Notes: generated from the sequence alone by a model not told the origin. Counted from the first letter of the stretch, positions 8,946-19,851 are shown. The stretch: DNA of 32,856 nucleotides from Acetofilamentum sp. (GCA_020722645.1 DYKL01000004.1:1-32856), one strand, 5' to 3'. Numbers and translations are program-made.

Positions 8946-10817
8946 CTATCTTTTCAAAAAAATCAAAATAGTATTAATGTCAGAAGGAGAAACGCCCGGT
9001 ATCCGTTGAGCTTCTCCAATGGTTCTTGGTTTAATTCTGTTTAATTTCTGTCTTGCTTCGGTTGAAATAGATTGTAGTTGTTGATAATCAAAATCGGGGT
9101 TGAGTTTTATGTTTTCTAATTTTATAATTTTTTCTGCAATTTCTTTTTCTTTGTCTATATAGTTTTGATATTTAATTTTAATTTCAGCAGATTCAATAAT
9201 CTCGTTGTTAATATTATTTTGTTCAATAAAATTCGAAATTTTTGGTAAAATTTCTTTTAAAGTAGAAATAGAAACTTCCGGTCTTAAAAGAAATTTTTCA
9301 GCTTTAAGACTTTGCGATAAAGCTGCTGAATTTATCTGTTTCAAATAATCATTTGCTTCACTTGGGGAAATTCTCAATTTTGCAATAAAATTAATAAACT
9401 TATTTATTAATTCGTATTTGTTTTTGTAAATATCATATCTATTCTTGGGAAGTAATCCTATTTCGTGACCCAAATCGGATAAACGTTCATCTGCATTATC
9501 TTGTCTCAATAAAATTCTATATTCAGCTCTTGATGTAAACATTCTATATGGTTCATCAACTCCTTTTAAGACCAAATCATCAATAAGAACACCAATGTAA
9601 GAGCTATCACGAGATAAAACAACAGGTTCTAAATCGTTTAAGATACGATGAGCATTAATTGCAGCCATCAAACCTTGAGCTGCAGCTTCTTCGTATCCGG
9701 TTGTTCCATTTACTTGACCGGCAAAAAAAAGATTTTTTATAATTTTTGATTCTAAAGAGTGATTTAATTGAGTAGGTGGAAAATAATCGTATTCAATAGC
9801 ATAAGCCGGTCTGAAAATAGTAGCATTTTCAAAACCTTCAATTTTACTTAATGCTTTTTCCTGAATTTCTAAAGGCAAAGAAGAAGAAAAACCATTAAGA
9901 TAATATTCTACGGTGTCAGTACCTTCGGGTTCAAGGAATAAAAGATGTTGATTTTTTTCAGAAAAAGTAACTAATTTATCCTCAATACTTGGGCAATATC
10001 TTGGACCACGACCTTTAATAACGCCTGAAAAAAGAGGAGAAAATTTGAACCCTTTTTTTAATTCATTATGAACATCTAAATTAGTATAAACTAAAAAACA
10101 ACTTTTAGAAGGAAGTATTTGTTTTGATTCCGGGTCATAAGAAAATTTACCGGTTTGCTCATCAGGTTTTTGTTCAATAAGCTTAGAAAAATCTACGGTT
10201 CTGCCGTCAATTCTAGGTGGTGTACCGGTTTTCATTCTGTCAGCTTTAATACCGAGGCTAACAATTTGTTCGGTTAGATGATAAGAAGCTTCCTCTCCTA
10301 CTCTCCCGCCCTGAATTTGATTACTACCAACGTGCATTAAGCCATTTAAAAAAGTACCGGCAGTTAAAATAACAGCTTTAGAATAAAAAGAAACACCCCA
10401 TTTAGTTCTGACACCTTTTAAAATATCTTTTTCAACAATAAGTTGAGTTACGGTATCTTGCCAGAAATATAAATTAGGTATTTTTTCCAATCTGTCACGC
10501 CAAGCAATCGAAAATTTAACTCTGTCAGATTGAGCTCTGGGACTCCACATAGCCGGACCTTTTGATTTATTGAGCATTCTGAATTGAATCATAGTTTCGT
10601 CTGTAACATAACCGGATAGTCCACCTAAAGCATCAATTTCACGAATAATCTGACCTTTTGCTATACCGCCCATTGCAGGATTACAAGACATTTGAGCTAT
10701 TTTAGTCATATCCATAGTTACAAGTAAGACAGAAGAGCCAAGATTAGCAGCGGCAGAAGCAGCTTCAGCACCAGCGTGACCGGCACCAACTACAATAATA
10801 TCAAAATTTGTTTTCAC
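8946..10817 (-). CDS. mnmG: tRNA uridine-5-carboxymethylaminomethyl(34) synthesis enzyme MnmG (GidA)
   Basis: VVGAGHAGAEAA, MSCNPAMGGIAKG, KTGTPPR, GPRYCPSIEDK, AGQVNGTTGYEEAAAQG, YRMFTSRAEYR; GTG start. Confidence 0.98.
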   Translation of the reverse strand: MKTNFDIIVVGAGHAGAEAASAAANLGSSVLLVTMDMTKIAQMSCNPAMGGIAKGQIIREIDALGGLSGYVTDETMIQFRMLNKSKGPAMWSPRAQSDRVKFSIAWRDRLEKIPNLYFWQDTVTQLIVEKDILKGVRTKWGVSFYSKAVILTAGTFLNGLMHVGSNQIQGGRVGEEASYHLTEQIVSLGIKADRMKTGTPPRIDGRTVDFSKLIEQKPDEQTGKFSYDPESKQILPSKSCFLVYTNLDVHNELKKGFKFSPLFSGVIKGRGPRYCPSIEDKLVTFSEKNQHLLFLEPEGTDTVEYYLNGFSSSLPLEIQEKALSKIEGFENATIFRPAYAIEYDYFPPTQLNHSLESKIIKNLFFAGQVNGTTGYEEAAAQGLMAAINAHRILNDLEPVVLSRDSSYIGVLIDDLVLKGVDEPYRMFTSRAEYRILLRQDNADERLSDLGHEIGLLPKNRYDIYKNKYELINKFINFIAKLRISPSEANDYLKQINSAALSQSLKAEKFLLRPEVSISTLKEILPKISNFIEQNNINNEIIESAEIKIKYQNYIDKEKEIAEKIIKLENIKLNPDFDYQQLQSISTEARQKLNRIKPRTIGEAQRIPGVSPSDINTILIFLKR

Positions 10818-10819
10818 AA

Positions 10820-11236
10820 CTAAATATTTAACTTTAATAAATTATTATCTTCTAATTTTCTCATATTAAACCTTTTTTCGTCAGTATCATCAGAAAAACC
10901 CAAAAGATGTAAAACACCGTGAGCGATAACTCTGTGCAACTCATCTTGAAAAGTTTTTTTAAAAAGGGTGGCATTTTCTTCAACACGTTCAATACTTATT
11001 AACAAATCACCTGATATGTAATCATTATGAGAATTGTCAAAAGTTATTATGTCAGTATAATAGTTATGATTCAAATATTTTTGATTTATTTCAAGTAAAT
11101 ATTTATCAGAAACAAAAACAACAGAAATATCACCAAGTTTTTTTTTATAAGATTCAATAATTTCTTTTATCCATTTTTTAATAATTGTTTTATTTTTAAA
11201 AGTAAAAGAAATATCTTCAGTTACAAAATTAATCAT
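10820..11236 (-). CDS. ybeY: rRNA maturation endoribonuclease YbeY
   Basis: TDIITF, GDLLIS, and the metal-binding region HRVIAHGVLHLLGFSD. Confidence 0.93.
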   Translation of the reverse strand: MINFVTEDISFTFKNKTIIKKWIKEIIESYKKKLGDISVVFVSDKYLLEINQKYLNHNYYTDIITFDNSHNDYISGDLLISIERVEENATLFKKTFQDELHRVIAHGVLHLLGFSDDTDEKRFNMRKLEDNNLLKLNI

Positions 11237-11238
11237 AA

Positions 11239-11670
11239 TTATAAATTGAAAATCATTTTAACAATTTGTCCATTATTATAAGAAAATTCGACAATATCGG
11301 CTAAATTAAGAATAATAAATACACCTCTGCCTGTTAATTTTTCTCGATTTATAGTTTCAGTGGGGTCATCAATTAATTTATAATCAAAACCGGCACCTTC
11401 ATCTTTAACAGCAATTTCGAGTTTTTTAGATGAAATTTTGTAATATACAGTAACATTTTTATTTGGATTAAACTTATTACCGTGCACAATAGCATTGTTA
11501 ATAGCCTCAGATAATGATAACAAAACATTACCATATATTTCGTCAGAAATCACAATTTTTGAAGACATCTTTTGAATGACCTGCTCGGCATAAGTAATAT
11601 TTTTAAAATCAGATTGAAATACGATTATTTCATCATAATTATTCTTTTCCAAGTCTGTACATGTAATCAT
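11239..11670 (-). CDS. RsbW-like GHKL ATP-binding protein (HATPase_c_2)
   Basis: N box EAINNAIVHGNK, G1 box DEGAGFD, G2 box GRGVFII; exact start uncertain because it overlaps the upstream gene. Confidence 0.85.
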   Translation of the reverse strand: MITCTDLEKNNYDEIIVFQSDFKNITYAEQVIQKMSSKIVISDEIYGNVLLSLSEAINNAIVHGNKFNPNKNVTVYYKISSKKLEIAVKDEGAGFDYKLIDDPTETINREKLTGRGVFIILNLADIVEFSYNNGQIVKMIFNL

Positions 11671-14600
11671 TATAGTAGGTTTTATAAAAAGGGTTTAACT
11701 GTAGTATTTTTTTTGAAAAAGATTCATTTAAAAGTTTATAATCATTAAAATATTTTTCTATATCTTCGGGTGAATTAGTATTTAGGTTGTTTCCGACTTT
11801 GGATTCTCGTTTATCGTCGTATTTTCTTTTATTATCAGAATTTTCGACTTCCAAAAGTCGCGTTTTAATTTCATTATCTCTTTGTAAAATTTCAGGTGTT
11901 ATATTATTGTTTAGAATATCTTTTTTAATATCATCATTTATTTGGTTAATCTCGTTCAATAATTTGGACATTTCATCAGAAAGCTGACCGGAATTTAGCA
12001 TATCTTCGAGCATTTTTTGAAAAGCTTCTCTTTTAGCGACTTGCTGCCCCATCTGTTCAGAAGTATATTGCCCATTTTTCATTTGGTTAATCATTTCCTG
12101 AAGTTGTTGCTGCATAGATTGTTGCATTTGTTTCATATCACCTACAGACATTTGCTGAGGTTTGCTGGAAGATGGATTTCCTGACCCGGGCATACTCATC
12201 TGATTTTGCATATTTTGCAAAGACTCTTGCAACATTAAAGCTAATTTATTGACAGATTCAATTGTATATCTTTGATTTATTGCTGCTTCATTTCTTTTAT
12301 TGACATTCAAATTTTGGATTGTTTTATCTAAATTATTTCTGATATTTACTAATTCATCTGTAATAGGTTTAGAAATAGTAGGATTTCTTTTGGCTAAAGC
12401 ATATAAAGTATCATTGATTACAGCATATTGATTTTGCAATGCTATTTGATTGATTTTCAATTCTATATATGCTTCAGATTTATACGATAAATTTTTCTGT
12501 GTTAATAAATTTAATTGTTCTTGTGTAAATGAAAAATTAAGCAAATTAGATAATAAAAATTTAATAGCCTGTTCATCTTCGGAATTTTGCATCATAGAAT
12601 TTTGCATCATCATATTAGACATCTGTTCAGAAAGATTCTTCATTTGTTCAGAAGAATTTTTCATATTCTGAGAAGCCTTTTTATTTTTATTTTCAAACAT
12701 ATTTTCTTTTGCTTGTTCAAATTCCTGATTTATCTGTTCAATTTCTTCCTGAAATTCTTCTAAAATGTATGGCTTTTCGAGTGATTGATTATAATTTTGA
12801 AGACTGTCATATTCCTGCATTAAATCTTCAAATTTTTTCTGATTTGTTAAAAGAGAATCTTGAAGTTCTTGATTATTTTTGTCAGATTTTTTAAAAGATT
12901 CAGATAAGTTTTCCTGTTCTTTAGCTAATTCATTGAGTTGATTTGCCACATTTTGCACATCTTGTTCCAACTTCATTCTTTTCAGTAATTCTTGAGTACG
13001 TTCCATTTCTTTAGACATATCTTCATAAGACAATTCTGTTTTTTTCAGAGTATTATCAAATTTTTTATCATCAAATTTACTTTGTAATTCTTTTAATTGC
13101 TCTAATAAATCTTTAATTTCATCGGTCATTAATTCATCTAATAATTTTTGAATTTCTTCGTGTTTCTTTAACAAATCTTCATTTTTTGGGTCGAAAGATT
13201 TTAAATTGTTAAGTTTTTCTTGATTTTCCTTTTTTAAAGAATCTAAAAGTTGTTCCAATTCATTTTGTTTGTTCAAAATATTGTCTAAAAAACTTTGTTT
13301 TTCCCATTTGCTAACCTCTTCATTTAATAATTTCTGATTAAAATTGTCAATATCCTGCTGAATGTCAAAAGATAATTGATAAGCATTGTTTAATTGCTCC
13401 TGCACTTTTTCATCAGAAACATTAAAAGCAGAATCAAGCTCGTTTAAAGAAGGGATATAAAAATTAAATTGTGAAGTAGCAGTTGATTTATAGCCGCTTA
13501 CATAATCGTTGTCAGTAATTTTGAAAAAATACTTAACTATTTGATTATTAGATATTTTTAAATCAGAAAAATCAAAGATATAAAAAAACTCCTGATTAGA
13601 TTGAAATTTGGAAATATCAATATTTACAGATTCATAATTATCAGCCTGTTCAGAATTTTTATCATTTACTGAATAGTTGAAAGATAAAGACTTAAAACCA
13701 TAATCATCTGAAATTAGCCCTCTGAAGAAAAATAAAGAATAATTATTTGAATCCTGAACCTGCTGAACAGCGATATTAGGATATAAATCAGGAATTACAG
13801 ATAAATTATATTCAAACAAAGAATTCTGAACATACTTATTTTTAACAATAATAGAATAGCTTGCTGATATTAAGGCTTGATAAGTAATGCTGAAAGTTTG
13901 TTTTTCGTTTTTTGAATAAATCTTATTAGAATCAACAAGCATTAAAAGAGTGTCGATGTTGTTACCGGAAAAATTAAATTTCAAAACAGAGCCGTAAGGA
14001 ACAATTAAATCGCCTGTATTTTTGAGAGAATACTTTGATTTTCCAGTATATGAAGGAGGTAAAATATCAACGGAAAAATCAGATATTTGAGGTGTTGGAA
14101 GAATAGAGATTTGATATTTAGACGATTTAAAATTATCAGCTTCGAAATAAAAAGAAAAGTTGTTGTTTATTGATTTAAAGTTGTATTCAAAAATACTTTT
14201 TTTAGAGCCGATAATCATAGGAATTTTATTAGAACCATAGACTATATAAACAATAGATGGGACATATTCGCCTGTAATTTGTACAAGTACATTGAAATCA
14301 GCTCCGTTTTGAACTTCCAAATTTTTATTTAACAAATTGAAGTTAAAAGGAGCTTGCTGTTCATATAAAACACCGTAATTTACGAATCTTTCAGTTCCAA
14401 GTTTAAGAATATTATTATTAAAAATAACAAAAAACAAAAGAATGAGTAGCGGAATAAATAAATATTTATAATATTTATTCAAATCTTTTGATGAAAGAGC
14501 ATTAGAAAAATTGAACAATTTGATGTTGCTAATTTTCTGATTTATAGCTGCATTAATAAGGCTGATGTTTTGTTTATCCGATATTTGTTCATTTAATTCC

Positions 14601-14935
14601 AAAATATTGATTAAAATATCTTGAATTTGAGGAATTTTTTCTGAAATATAAGTTGCAGCCTTATAATTTGAAATAGTAGGGAGTAATTTAATAACTTTTA
14701 AAAAAGGAATTATAATTAAATCGGCTAATATAAAGAGTAAAACTACTACGTAAGAAAAAAACAAAACTTTTTTTATACTAACAGGTAAATAATAAAAATA
14801 ATTAATTGCAACAATTAACAAAAAAATAAGAGAAAGAATAGAAACAGAAAAAATTAAACCTTTTAAGAGTTTGAATAAATAAAGCTTCCTAACAAATTTA
14901 TTTATATTTATATTTATGTCATTAATATTGTTCAT
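11639..14935 (-). CDS. DUF4175-like membrane-anchored, long coiled-coil protein
   Basis: Three N-terminal hydrophobic segments, beta-rich middle with PPSYTG and ISDDYGF motifs, long Q/E/M-rich helical tail. Confidence 0.7.
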   Translation of the reverse strand: MNNINDINININKFVRKLYLFKLLKGLIFSVSILSLIFLLIVAINYFYYLPVSIKKVLFFSYVVVLLFILADLIIIPFLKVIKLLPTISNYKAATYISEKIPQIQDILINILELNEQISDKQNISLINAAINQKISNIKLFNFSNALSSKDLNKYYKYLFIPLLILLFFVIFNNNILKLGTERFVNYGVLYEQQAPFNFNLLNKNLEVQNGADFNVLVQITGEYVPSIVYIVYGSNKIPMIIGSKKSIFEYNFKSINNNFSFYFEADNFKSSKYQISILPTPQISDFSVDILPPSYTGKSKYSLKNTGDLIVPYGSVLKFNFSGNNIDTLLMLVDSNKIYSKNEKQTFSITYQALISASYSIIVKNKYVQNSLFEYNLSVIPDLYPNIAVQQVQDSNNYSLFFFRGLISDDYGFKSLSFNYSVNDKNSEQADNYESVNIDISKFQSNQEFFYIFDFSDLKISNNQIVKYFFKITDNDYVSGYKSTATSQFNFYIPSLNELDSAFNVSDEKVQEQLNNAYQLSFDIQQDIDNFNQKLLNEEVSKWEKQSFLDNILNKQNELEQLLDSLKKENQEKLNNLKSFDPKNEDLLKKHEEIQKLLDELMTDEIKDLLEQLKELQSKFDDKKFDNTLKKTELSYEDMSKEMERTQELLKRMKLEQDVQNVANQLNELAKEQENLSESFKKSDKNNQELQDSLLTNQKKFEDLMQEYDSLQNYNQSLEKPYILEEFQEEIEQINQEFEQAKENMFENKNKKASQNMKNSSEQMKNLSEQMSNMMMQNSMMQNSEDEQAIKFLLSNLLNFSFTQEQLNLLTQKNLSYKSEAYIELKINQIALQNQYAVINDTLYALAKRNPTISKPITDELVNIRNNLDKTIQNLNVNKRNEAAINQRYTIESVNKLALMLQESLQNMQNQMSMPGSGNPSSSKPQQMSVGDMKQMQQSMQQQLQEMINQMKNGQYTSEQMGQQVAKREAFQKMLEDMLNSGQLSDEMSKLLNEINQINDDIKKDILNNNITPEILQRDNEIKTRLLEVENSDNKRKYDDKRESKVGNNLNTNSPEDIEKYFNDYKLLNESFSKKILQLNPFYKTYYNDYMYRLGKE

Positions 14936-14940
14936 AAAAA

Positions 14941-16002
14941 CTAATTTAAGTTCAAATATTCAACAGGGTTCAATTTTTCTGTATTATACCAAATCTGTAA
15001 ATTTAAGCAAGGATAAGAATATTTGCTTGTAGATTTTGATACAGAGCCAATAACAAATCCATTTAAAATTTGTTGATTTTGAGATACATATATAAGATTT
15101 AAGTTAGAATAAACAGAATAATAATTATCGTGTTTTAAAATAACCGAATGACCATAATTTGGTAAATTAACAATTGCAATAACTTTAGCATCAGCAATTG
15201 ATTTAACAAGAGTGTCAGTTTTGGAATACAAATCAATTCCATCGTTTACAACAGTAATATTTTTTAGATAAGGGTGATTATGAGTACCAAAAGAACTGAT
15301 AACAACAGAATTGTATAGAGGTGCATTAAATTTTTTCTCAATTTTTTCGGAATTATTTGAATTTAAGCTATATGGCAATTTCAAAAAATAATCGTTCAGC
15401 ATTAAATATGTATTATAATCATTATTTATTATTATACGGATATCATTTGCCTTTTGTTGCAAAATATTTGCAGAATTAAGAGCAATGATAAGATTGTTTT
15501 CAATGTCAACTTTTTGGGTTTGATAATTTTTAATATAAATATCCAATGATTTTACATAATTTTCATAAGAAAGAGATTCATTTATCAATTTTTGTTGAGT
15601 TAATTTAATAAATTGATTTAATTTTTTCAAATAATTTAACAATAACTGCAAATAATTATATCTGTAAAAAGCTTTCGAAAAAGAATCAGCTGAAAAAACA
15701 AATAATTTAGGAGATTTAAGCTGTAGTAGAATTAAATAAATATTTTTTAATAAATCAGCATATAAATCAGAATAAATTTCTAATGTTTTATTATAGACGT
15801 TAATTGAGATTTTGTTTTGATTAATTTGATTTTGATAAAATATAATTTTATTGTTTAATTCAACTAATAATTTTTCGTCATTGTCAATTTTAGATTTTAA
15901 TAAAAGTAAATCGTAAACAGACAAAACAGTATCGTTTAAATTATTAGAAAAAGAAAAAGAAGTTGAAAAAAGTAATATGTTAATAATTAATAGGTTTCGC
16001 AT
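14941..16002 (-). CDS. envC: EnvC-like murein hydrolase activator (coiled coil + degenerate M23/LytM domain)
   Basis: Signal peptide, helical N-region, C-terminal M23 domain with NDGID in place of HxxxD and LNLQI in place of HxH (catalytically inactive pattern). Confidence 0.65.
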   Translation of the reverse strand: MRNLLIINILLFSTSFSFSNNLNDTVLSVYDLLLLKSKIDNDEKLLVELNNKIIFYQNQINQNKISINVYNKTLEIYSDLYADLLKNIYLILLQLKSPKLFVFSADSFSKAFYRYNYLQLLLNYLKKLNQFIKLTQQKLINESLSYENYVKSLDIYIKNYQTQKVDIENNLIIALNSANILQQKANDIRIIINNDYNTYLMLNDYFLKLPYSLNSNNSEKIEKKFNAPLYNSVVISSFGTHNHPYLKNITVVNDGIDLYSKTDTLVKSIADAKVIAIVNLPNYGHSVILKHDNYYSVYSNLNLIYVSQNQQILNGFVIGSVSKSTSKYSYPCLNLQIWYNTEKLNPVEYLNLN

Positions 16003-16753
16003 TATCAGGTAAATTAAATTTTATATTAATTTGTTCATTAAAAATAACTTTTTTGCTAATAATAAATAATGACAAAGTATCTATCGAAACAACTTTTAAT
16101 TCAGTGTGTTCCGGTAAATCATAATTATCGAAAGTTTTAAAATTACTGTAGTTTATATACAAATCTTTATGCAATAAATTATCGTATATTTCGCAGTATT
16201 TAATATTAAAATTGTCTGTTATATAAAATAAATGTGCAATATTAACAATTTTTGAGTTATTTTGATTATATATTAAATTTTTGAAGATATATAAAGAATC
16301 TTTATCAAGCGAATATGAATTCAAGTCTGTGAAATAAGGATAACTGAATAAATCGGCAGTAAAAATGGATTGCAAGGAATAAAAATCGAAAGCAATGCTG
16401 TAATTTTTTAATATAACATCTTTATTACCTGCGATATAGTCTTTTTGAACAGGCATATAAATAATAAAAGTATCGGGAGTTGCAAAGATTTCAGCGATAG
16501 TAATTCCAAATCCCAGAGATATTGAAATGTACATAACCGAATCTTTGATAATTTTAGTTGAACCAAAAAAAGATAATTTTTGTTCATTTGAAGAATAATC
16601 AGCACTGAATTTAAAAGACAACGATTTAAAATCCTTATTGACAGAATCAATAAAAGTAGTGCCTGAAATTTTCATTTTTGAGGTATTTTGTTTAAAAATC
16701 GAGCAAGAAGAAATCAGAAAGATTAAAGATATTATTATAAAAAAATTTTTCAT
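15980..16753 (-). CDS. DUF4292 family lipoprotein
   Basis: Lipobox LISSC; DSVMYISIS and TPDTF motifs; position between a TPR gene and the EnvC-like gene as in other Bacteroidota. Confidence 0.7.
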   Translation of the reverse strand: MKNFFIIISLIFLISSCSIFKQNTSKMKISGTTFIDSVNKDFKSLSFKFSADYSSNEQKLSFFGSTKIIKDSVMYISISLGFGITIAEIFATPDTFIIYMPVQKDYIAGNKDVILKNYSIAFDFYSLQSIFTADLFSYPYFTDLNSYSLDKDSLYIFKNLIYNQNNSKIVNIAHLFYITDNFNIKYCEIYDNLLHKDLYINYSNFKTFDNYDLPEHTELKVVSIDTLSLFIISKKVIFNEQINIKFNLPDNAKPINY

Positions 16754-16767
16754 TAAATTGTTTATAA

Positions 16768-18435
16768 TTACAACTGTTTATTTAAAAAAGTGTTGCCCAG
16801 ATTAACAGATTTTAACCAAGCTTCATTAGCTAAATCATTCTTATTTAATTTATTGTAAACATTACCCAATAATTCATAGTATAAAAAATTAGGTTTTGAT
16901 GAATTTGAAATAGCAATTTGACAATAATTTAAAGAAGAGTTATAATCATCAAATTTGTACATAGCATAAGCATAAATGTATGCAATGTTTGAACTTAAAG
17001 AACTTGTTTCGTTTATAATACATTCACCAAGCAGGTTGAAAGTTTTATTTTTGTATAAGGAATTTTGTGCAAAATAAAAAGAGAAATAGGCATTTAAATC
17101 GCAATTTGAAGTAGCAAAAGAAAGAGCATTGTTGTAGTACAAATTTTCATCTGAAAAATTACCTGTTATTCTGAAATATTGAGAGAGATAAAAGTTAAAA
17201 TAAGCCATTAAATCATTTTGTTCGTAAACTATTGATTTACCAAAAATAAGAGCTTCATAAGCATCATTATTTTTTGATAAATTCAGAGATGAAATTCCTT
17301 TGAATAAATATATAACAGGTTGAGCCGGAAACAAATCTATTGCATAAGCAGCTAAAGAATCTAATTTTGAATAAAAACCAAATCTGTTGTATAAGTTAAA
17401 CAATTTCAAGTAAGTTGAAAAATCCGTTATATCTTTACTTTGTTTGATTTCATAGAAATAGATAGCATCATAGAACTTATTATTTATTTCATAAAATTCG
17501 CTTAAAAAATTCACAAATCTTACATTACTTTGATTTTTAAAATATAAATTATAAAAAATAGTATCTAAATCGAAAGAGAAAGAATTGTAATTGAAAAAAT
17601 CCATATTTTCATACAATATCTGTATAAATGCAGAATTAGAAGATAGACAATCGCCTGATTTTTCTAAATAATATAAAACACTGTCTTTTTTGTCGATTAA
17701 AATGTAATATTTGAGCGAAAGTTCATAAAAATAAACAGTTTCAGGAAATAAAGTTTGAATTTTTTTGATATAAAAAAAAGCAGAATCAAGATTTTTTTCA
17801 GACAGATAAAATTGAGCCAAATTCACTAATGATAAGGAATTTTGAGGAAATTTTTGAACAATAGTTTGTAAAAGATTTACAGCATCATCATTTTTACCTG
17901 TTTTTTGCAATAAATTGACTTTTTGAAGATAAAAATCAATTTCGTAATTGAATTTTGATATAGCTGCATTTAAAGCTATTAATTGATTTTTGTAATCAGA
18001 ATAAAAAGCAAAAAAATCAATTGCATTTTGAAAATCATCGTGAATATCTGATTTTTGTATTATTTGTAGTTGTAAATCAGTTGCTTCGTTAATCGAATTA
18101 ACCTTTTCGTAGAGTAAAGCAAGATTTTTTAAATACCAGATATTTTCAGCGTCAATATTAACAGCATTTTCAGCGTAATTTATGGCAAGAAAATATTGAG
18201 CTTCCTGTTCATATATTTTAGATAATAAATAATTTGCGGCAGAAGATTGATTGTCAATTTCCAAGGCTTTAATTAGTAAATATTTAGCTGTATCGGTATT
18301 TTCAGTTAATAAAAATCGTTGAGCCTCAGAAAAATATTCGATAAATTTTTCCTTTTCGACTGTTTGAGAATTGAGCGATAAAAAAGACAAAAAACAAATA
18401 ATAAAACCAAATATTTTATATTTTATCATAATCAC
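16768..18435 (-). CDS. Exported tetratricopeptide repeat protein
   Basis: Signal peptide; repeated TPR-like units (KALEID.QSSAANYLLS, ELLGNVY...ANEAWLKS). Confidence 0.8.
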   Translation of the reverse strand: MIMIKYKIFGFIICFLSFLSLNSQTVEKEKFIEYFSEAQRFLLTENTDTAKYLLIKALEIDNQSSAANYLLSKIYEQEAQYFLAINYAENAVNIDAENIWYLKNLALLYEKVNSINEATDLQLQIIQKSDIHDDFQNAIDFFAFYSDYKNQLIALNAAISKFNYEIDFYLQKVNLLQKTGKNDDAVNLLQTIVQKFPQNSLSLVNLAQFYLSEKNLDSAFFYIKKIQTLFPETVYFYELSLKYYILIDKKDSVLYYLEKSGDCLSSNSAFIQILYENMDFFNYNSFSFDLDTIFYNLYFKNQSNVRFVNFLSEFYEINNKFYDAIYFYEIKQSKDITDFSTYLKLFNLYNRFGFYSKLDSLAAYAIDLFPAQPVIYLFKGISSLNLSKNNDAYEALIFGKSIVYEQNDLMAYFNFYLSQYFRITGNFSDENLYYNNALSFATSNCDLNAYFSFYFAQNSLYKNKTFNLLGECIINETSSLSSNIAYIYAYAMYKFDDYNSSLNYCQIAISNSSKPNFLYYELLGNVYNKLNKNDLANEAWLKSVNLGNTFLNKQL

Positions 18436-19405
18436 CTAATTCGAGAGATTTGGGGATTTTATTTACAAATACATTATTGCCAATCATTGAATTTTCTATA
18501 ACAATATTTCTAATTATCGAATTACTCAAAATAATGCTATTCTTAACAATAACATTCATCAGAGTAGAATTTGATTCGATTGAGACATTAGGACCGATAA
18601 CAGAATTTATTATTTTTACATTATCAGCAATAAAAACGGGCTTTATAATAACTGTATCAGTCAATACAATTTTATCAGAAGTCTGAAATTGATTAGTATT
18701 CAACAAGTGCGAAGTAGTATTTATCAATAAATCTTTATTACCGCAATCTAACCATTCATCAACATTTTGAGATTTGAATAATAAATTATCATCAAGCAAC
18801 ATTTGAAGAGCATTAGTAAGTTGATATTCATTGTTTTCCCTTAAATTGTTGTTTATAATATTTTCTATTTTGGTATGCAATAAAGCAACATTTTTGAAGT
18901 AATAAATACCAATTATAGCTTCATCAGAAATAAATTGTTTAGGTTTTTCGTAAAAAGAAGTAATAACATCATTTTGTTTTACGACAACTCCATATAATTG
19001 AGGATTAGAAACTTTTTTAGTCCAGATAATAACATCAGCGGAATTATCAATTTCAAAGTCTGCATCAAAGAGAGTGTCAGCAAAAGCAACAATAACTTCA
19101 TCACTTAGCATATCTTTTGCCTGATAAATAGCGTGAGCAGTTCCTAATGCTTCTTGCTGATAAAAAATATTTACTTTAAAATTGTATTTATTTCCGAGAG
19201 AATGAATATCATCAATAATATTTTGCGGAAAATTACCAATAATGAAGCCAACTTCTGTAACAGTGTTTTTAGAAACGGCAATTAGTTTTTCAATTAACCT
19301 TTGCAAAATTGATTTACCTGCTAATTTGATAAAAGGTTTAGGAGTAGTTAAGGTAAATGGACGCAATCTTGTGCCCATTCCAGCCATAGGTATTATTATT
19401 TTCAT
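18416..19405 (-). CDS. Sugar-phosphate nucleotidyltransferase (RmlA/Gcd1-like, with C-terminal hexapeptide repeats)
   Basis: IIPMAGMGTRLRP, PKP, QQEALGTAHA, FYEKP, EYQLT, WLDCG, then NSVIGPNVSI left-handed beta-helix. Confidence 0.88.
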   Translation of the reverse strand: MKIIIPMAGMGTRLRPFTLTTPKPFIKLAGKSILQRLIEKLIAVSKNTVTEVGFIIGNFPQNIIDDIHSLGNKYNFKVNIFYQQEALGTAHAIYQAKDMLSDEVIVAFADTLFDADFEIDNSADVIIWTKKVSNPQLYGVVVKQNDVITSFYEKPKQFISDEAIIGIYYFKNVALLHTKIENIINNNLRENNEYQLTNALQMLLDDNLLFKSQNVDEWLDCGNKDLLINTTSHLLNTNQFQTSDKIVLTDTVIIKPVFIADNVKIINSVIGPNVSIESNSTLMNVIVKNSIILSNSIIRNIVIENSMIGNNVFVNKIPKSLELGDYDKI

Positions 19406-19419
19406 AAAAATGTTGTTTA

Positions 19420-19851
19420 TTAGATTCCTGTATGTCCGAAACCGCCGTCTCCGCGATTAGTTTCGTTCAATTCATTTACTTGCATCCAGCTAACGTGTTC
19501 ATAACTGCTGATAATCATTTGAGCAATTCTTTCGCCGGAGTTTATTGTAAAAGGTTCATTTGATAAATTGACAAGAATAATTTTGATTTCACCGCGATAA
19601 TCAGCATCAATAGTTCCGGGAGTGTTTAAAACAGTTAAACCGTGTTTAGCAGCTAAACCGCTTCTGGGGCGGATTTGTGCTTCATAACCGACAGGCAATT
19701 CAATAAATATTCCTGTTGGTATCATTGCTCTTTGAAGAGGTTGTAAAATAACAGGTTGTTCTAAAAACGAATATAAATCAACACCGGCGGAACTTTCAGT
19801 AGCATAAGCCGGTAGAGAATTATTTGATTTATTAACTATTTTGACATTCAT
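19420..19851 (-). CDS. dut: dUTP diphosphatase
   Basis: [37 protein letters not shown]. Confidence 0.98.
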   Translation of the reverse strand: MNVKIVNKSNNSLPAYATESSAGVDLYSFLEQPVILQPLQRAMIPTGIFIELPVGYEAQIRPRSGLAAKHGLTVLNTPGTIDADYRGEIKIILVNLSNEPFTINSGERIAQMIISSYEHVSWMQVNELNETNRGDGGFGHTGI

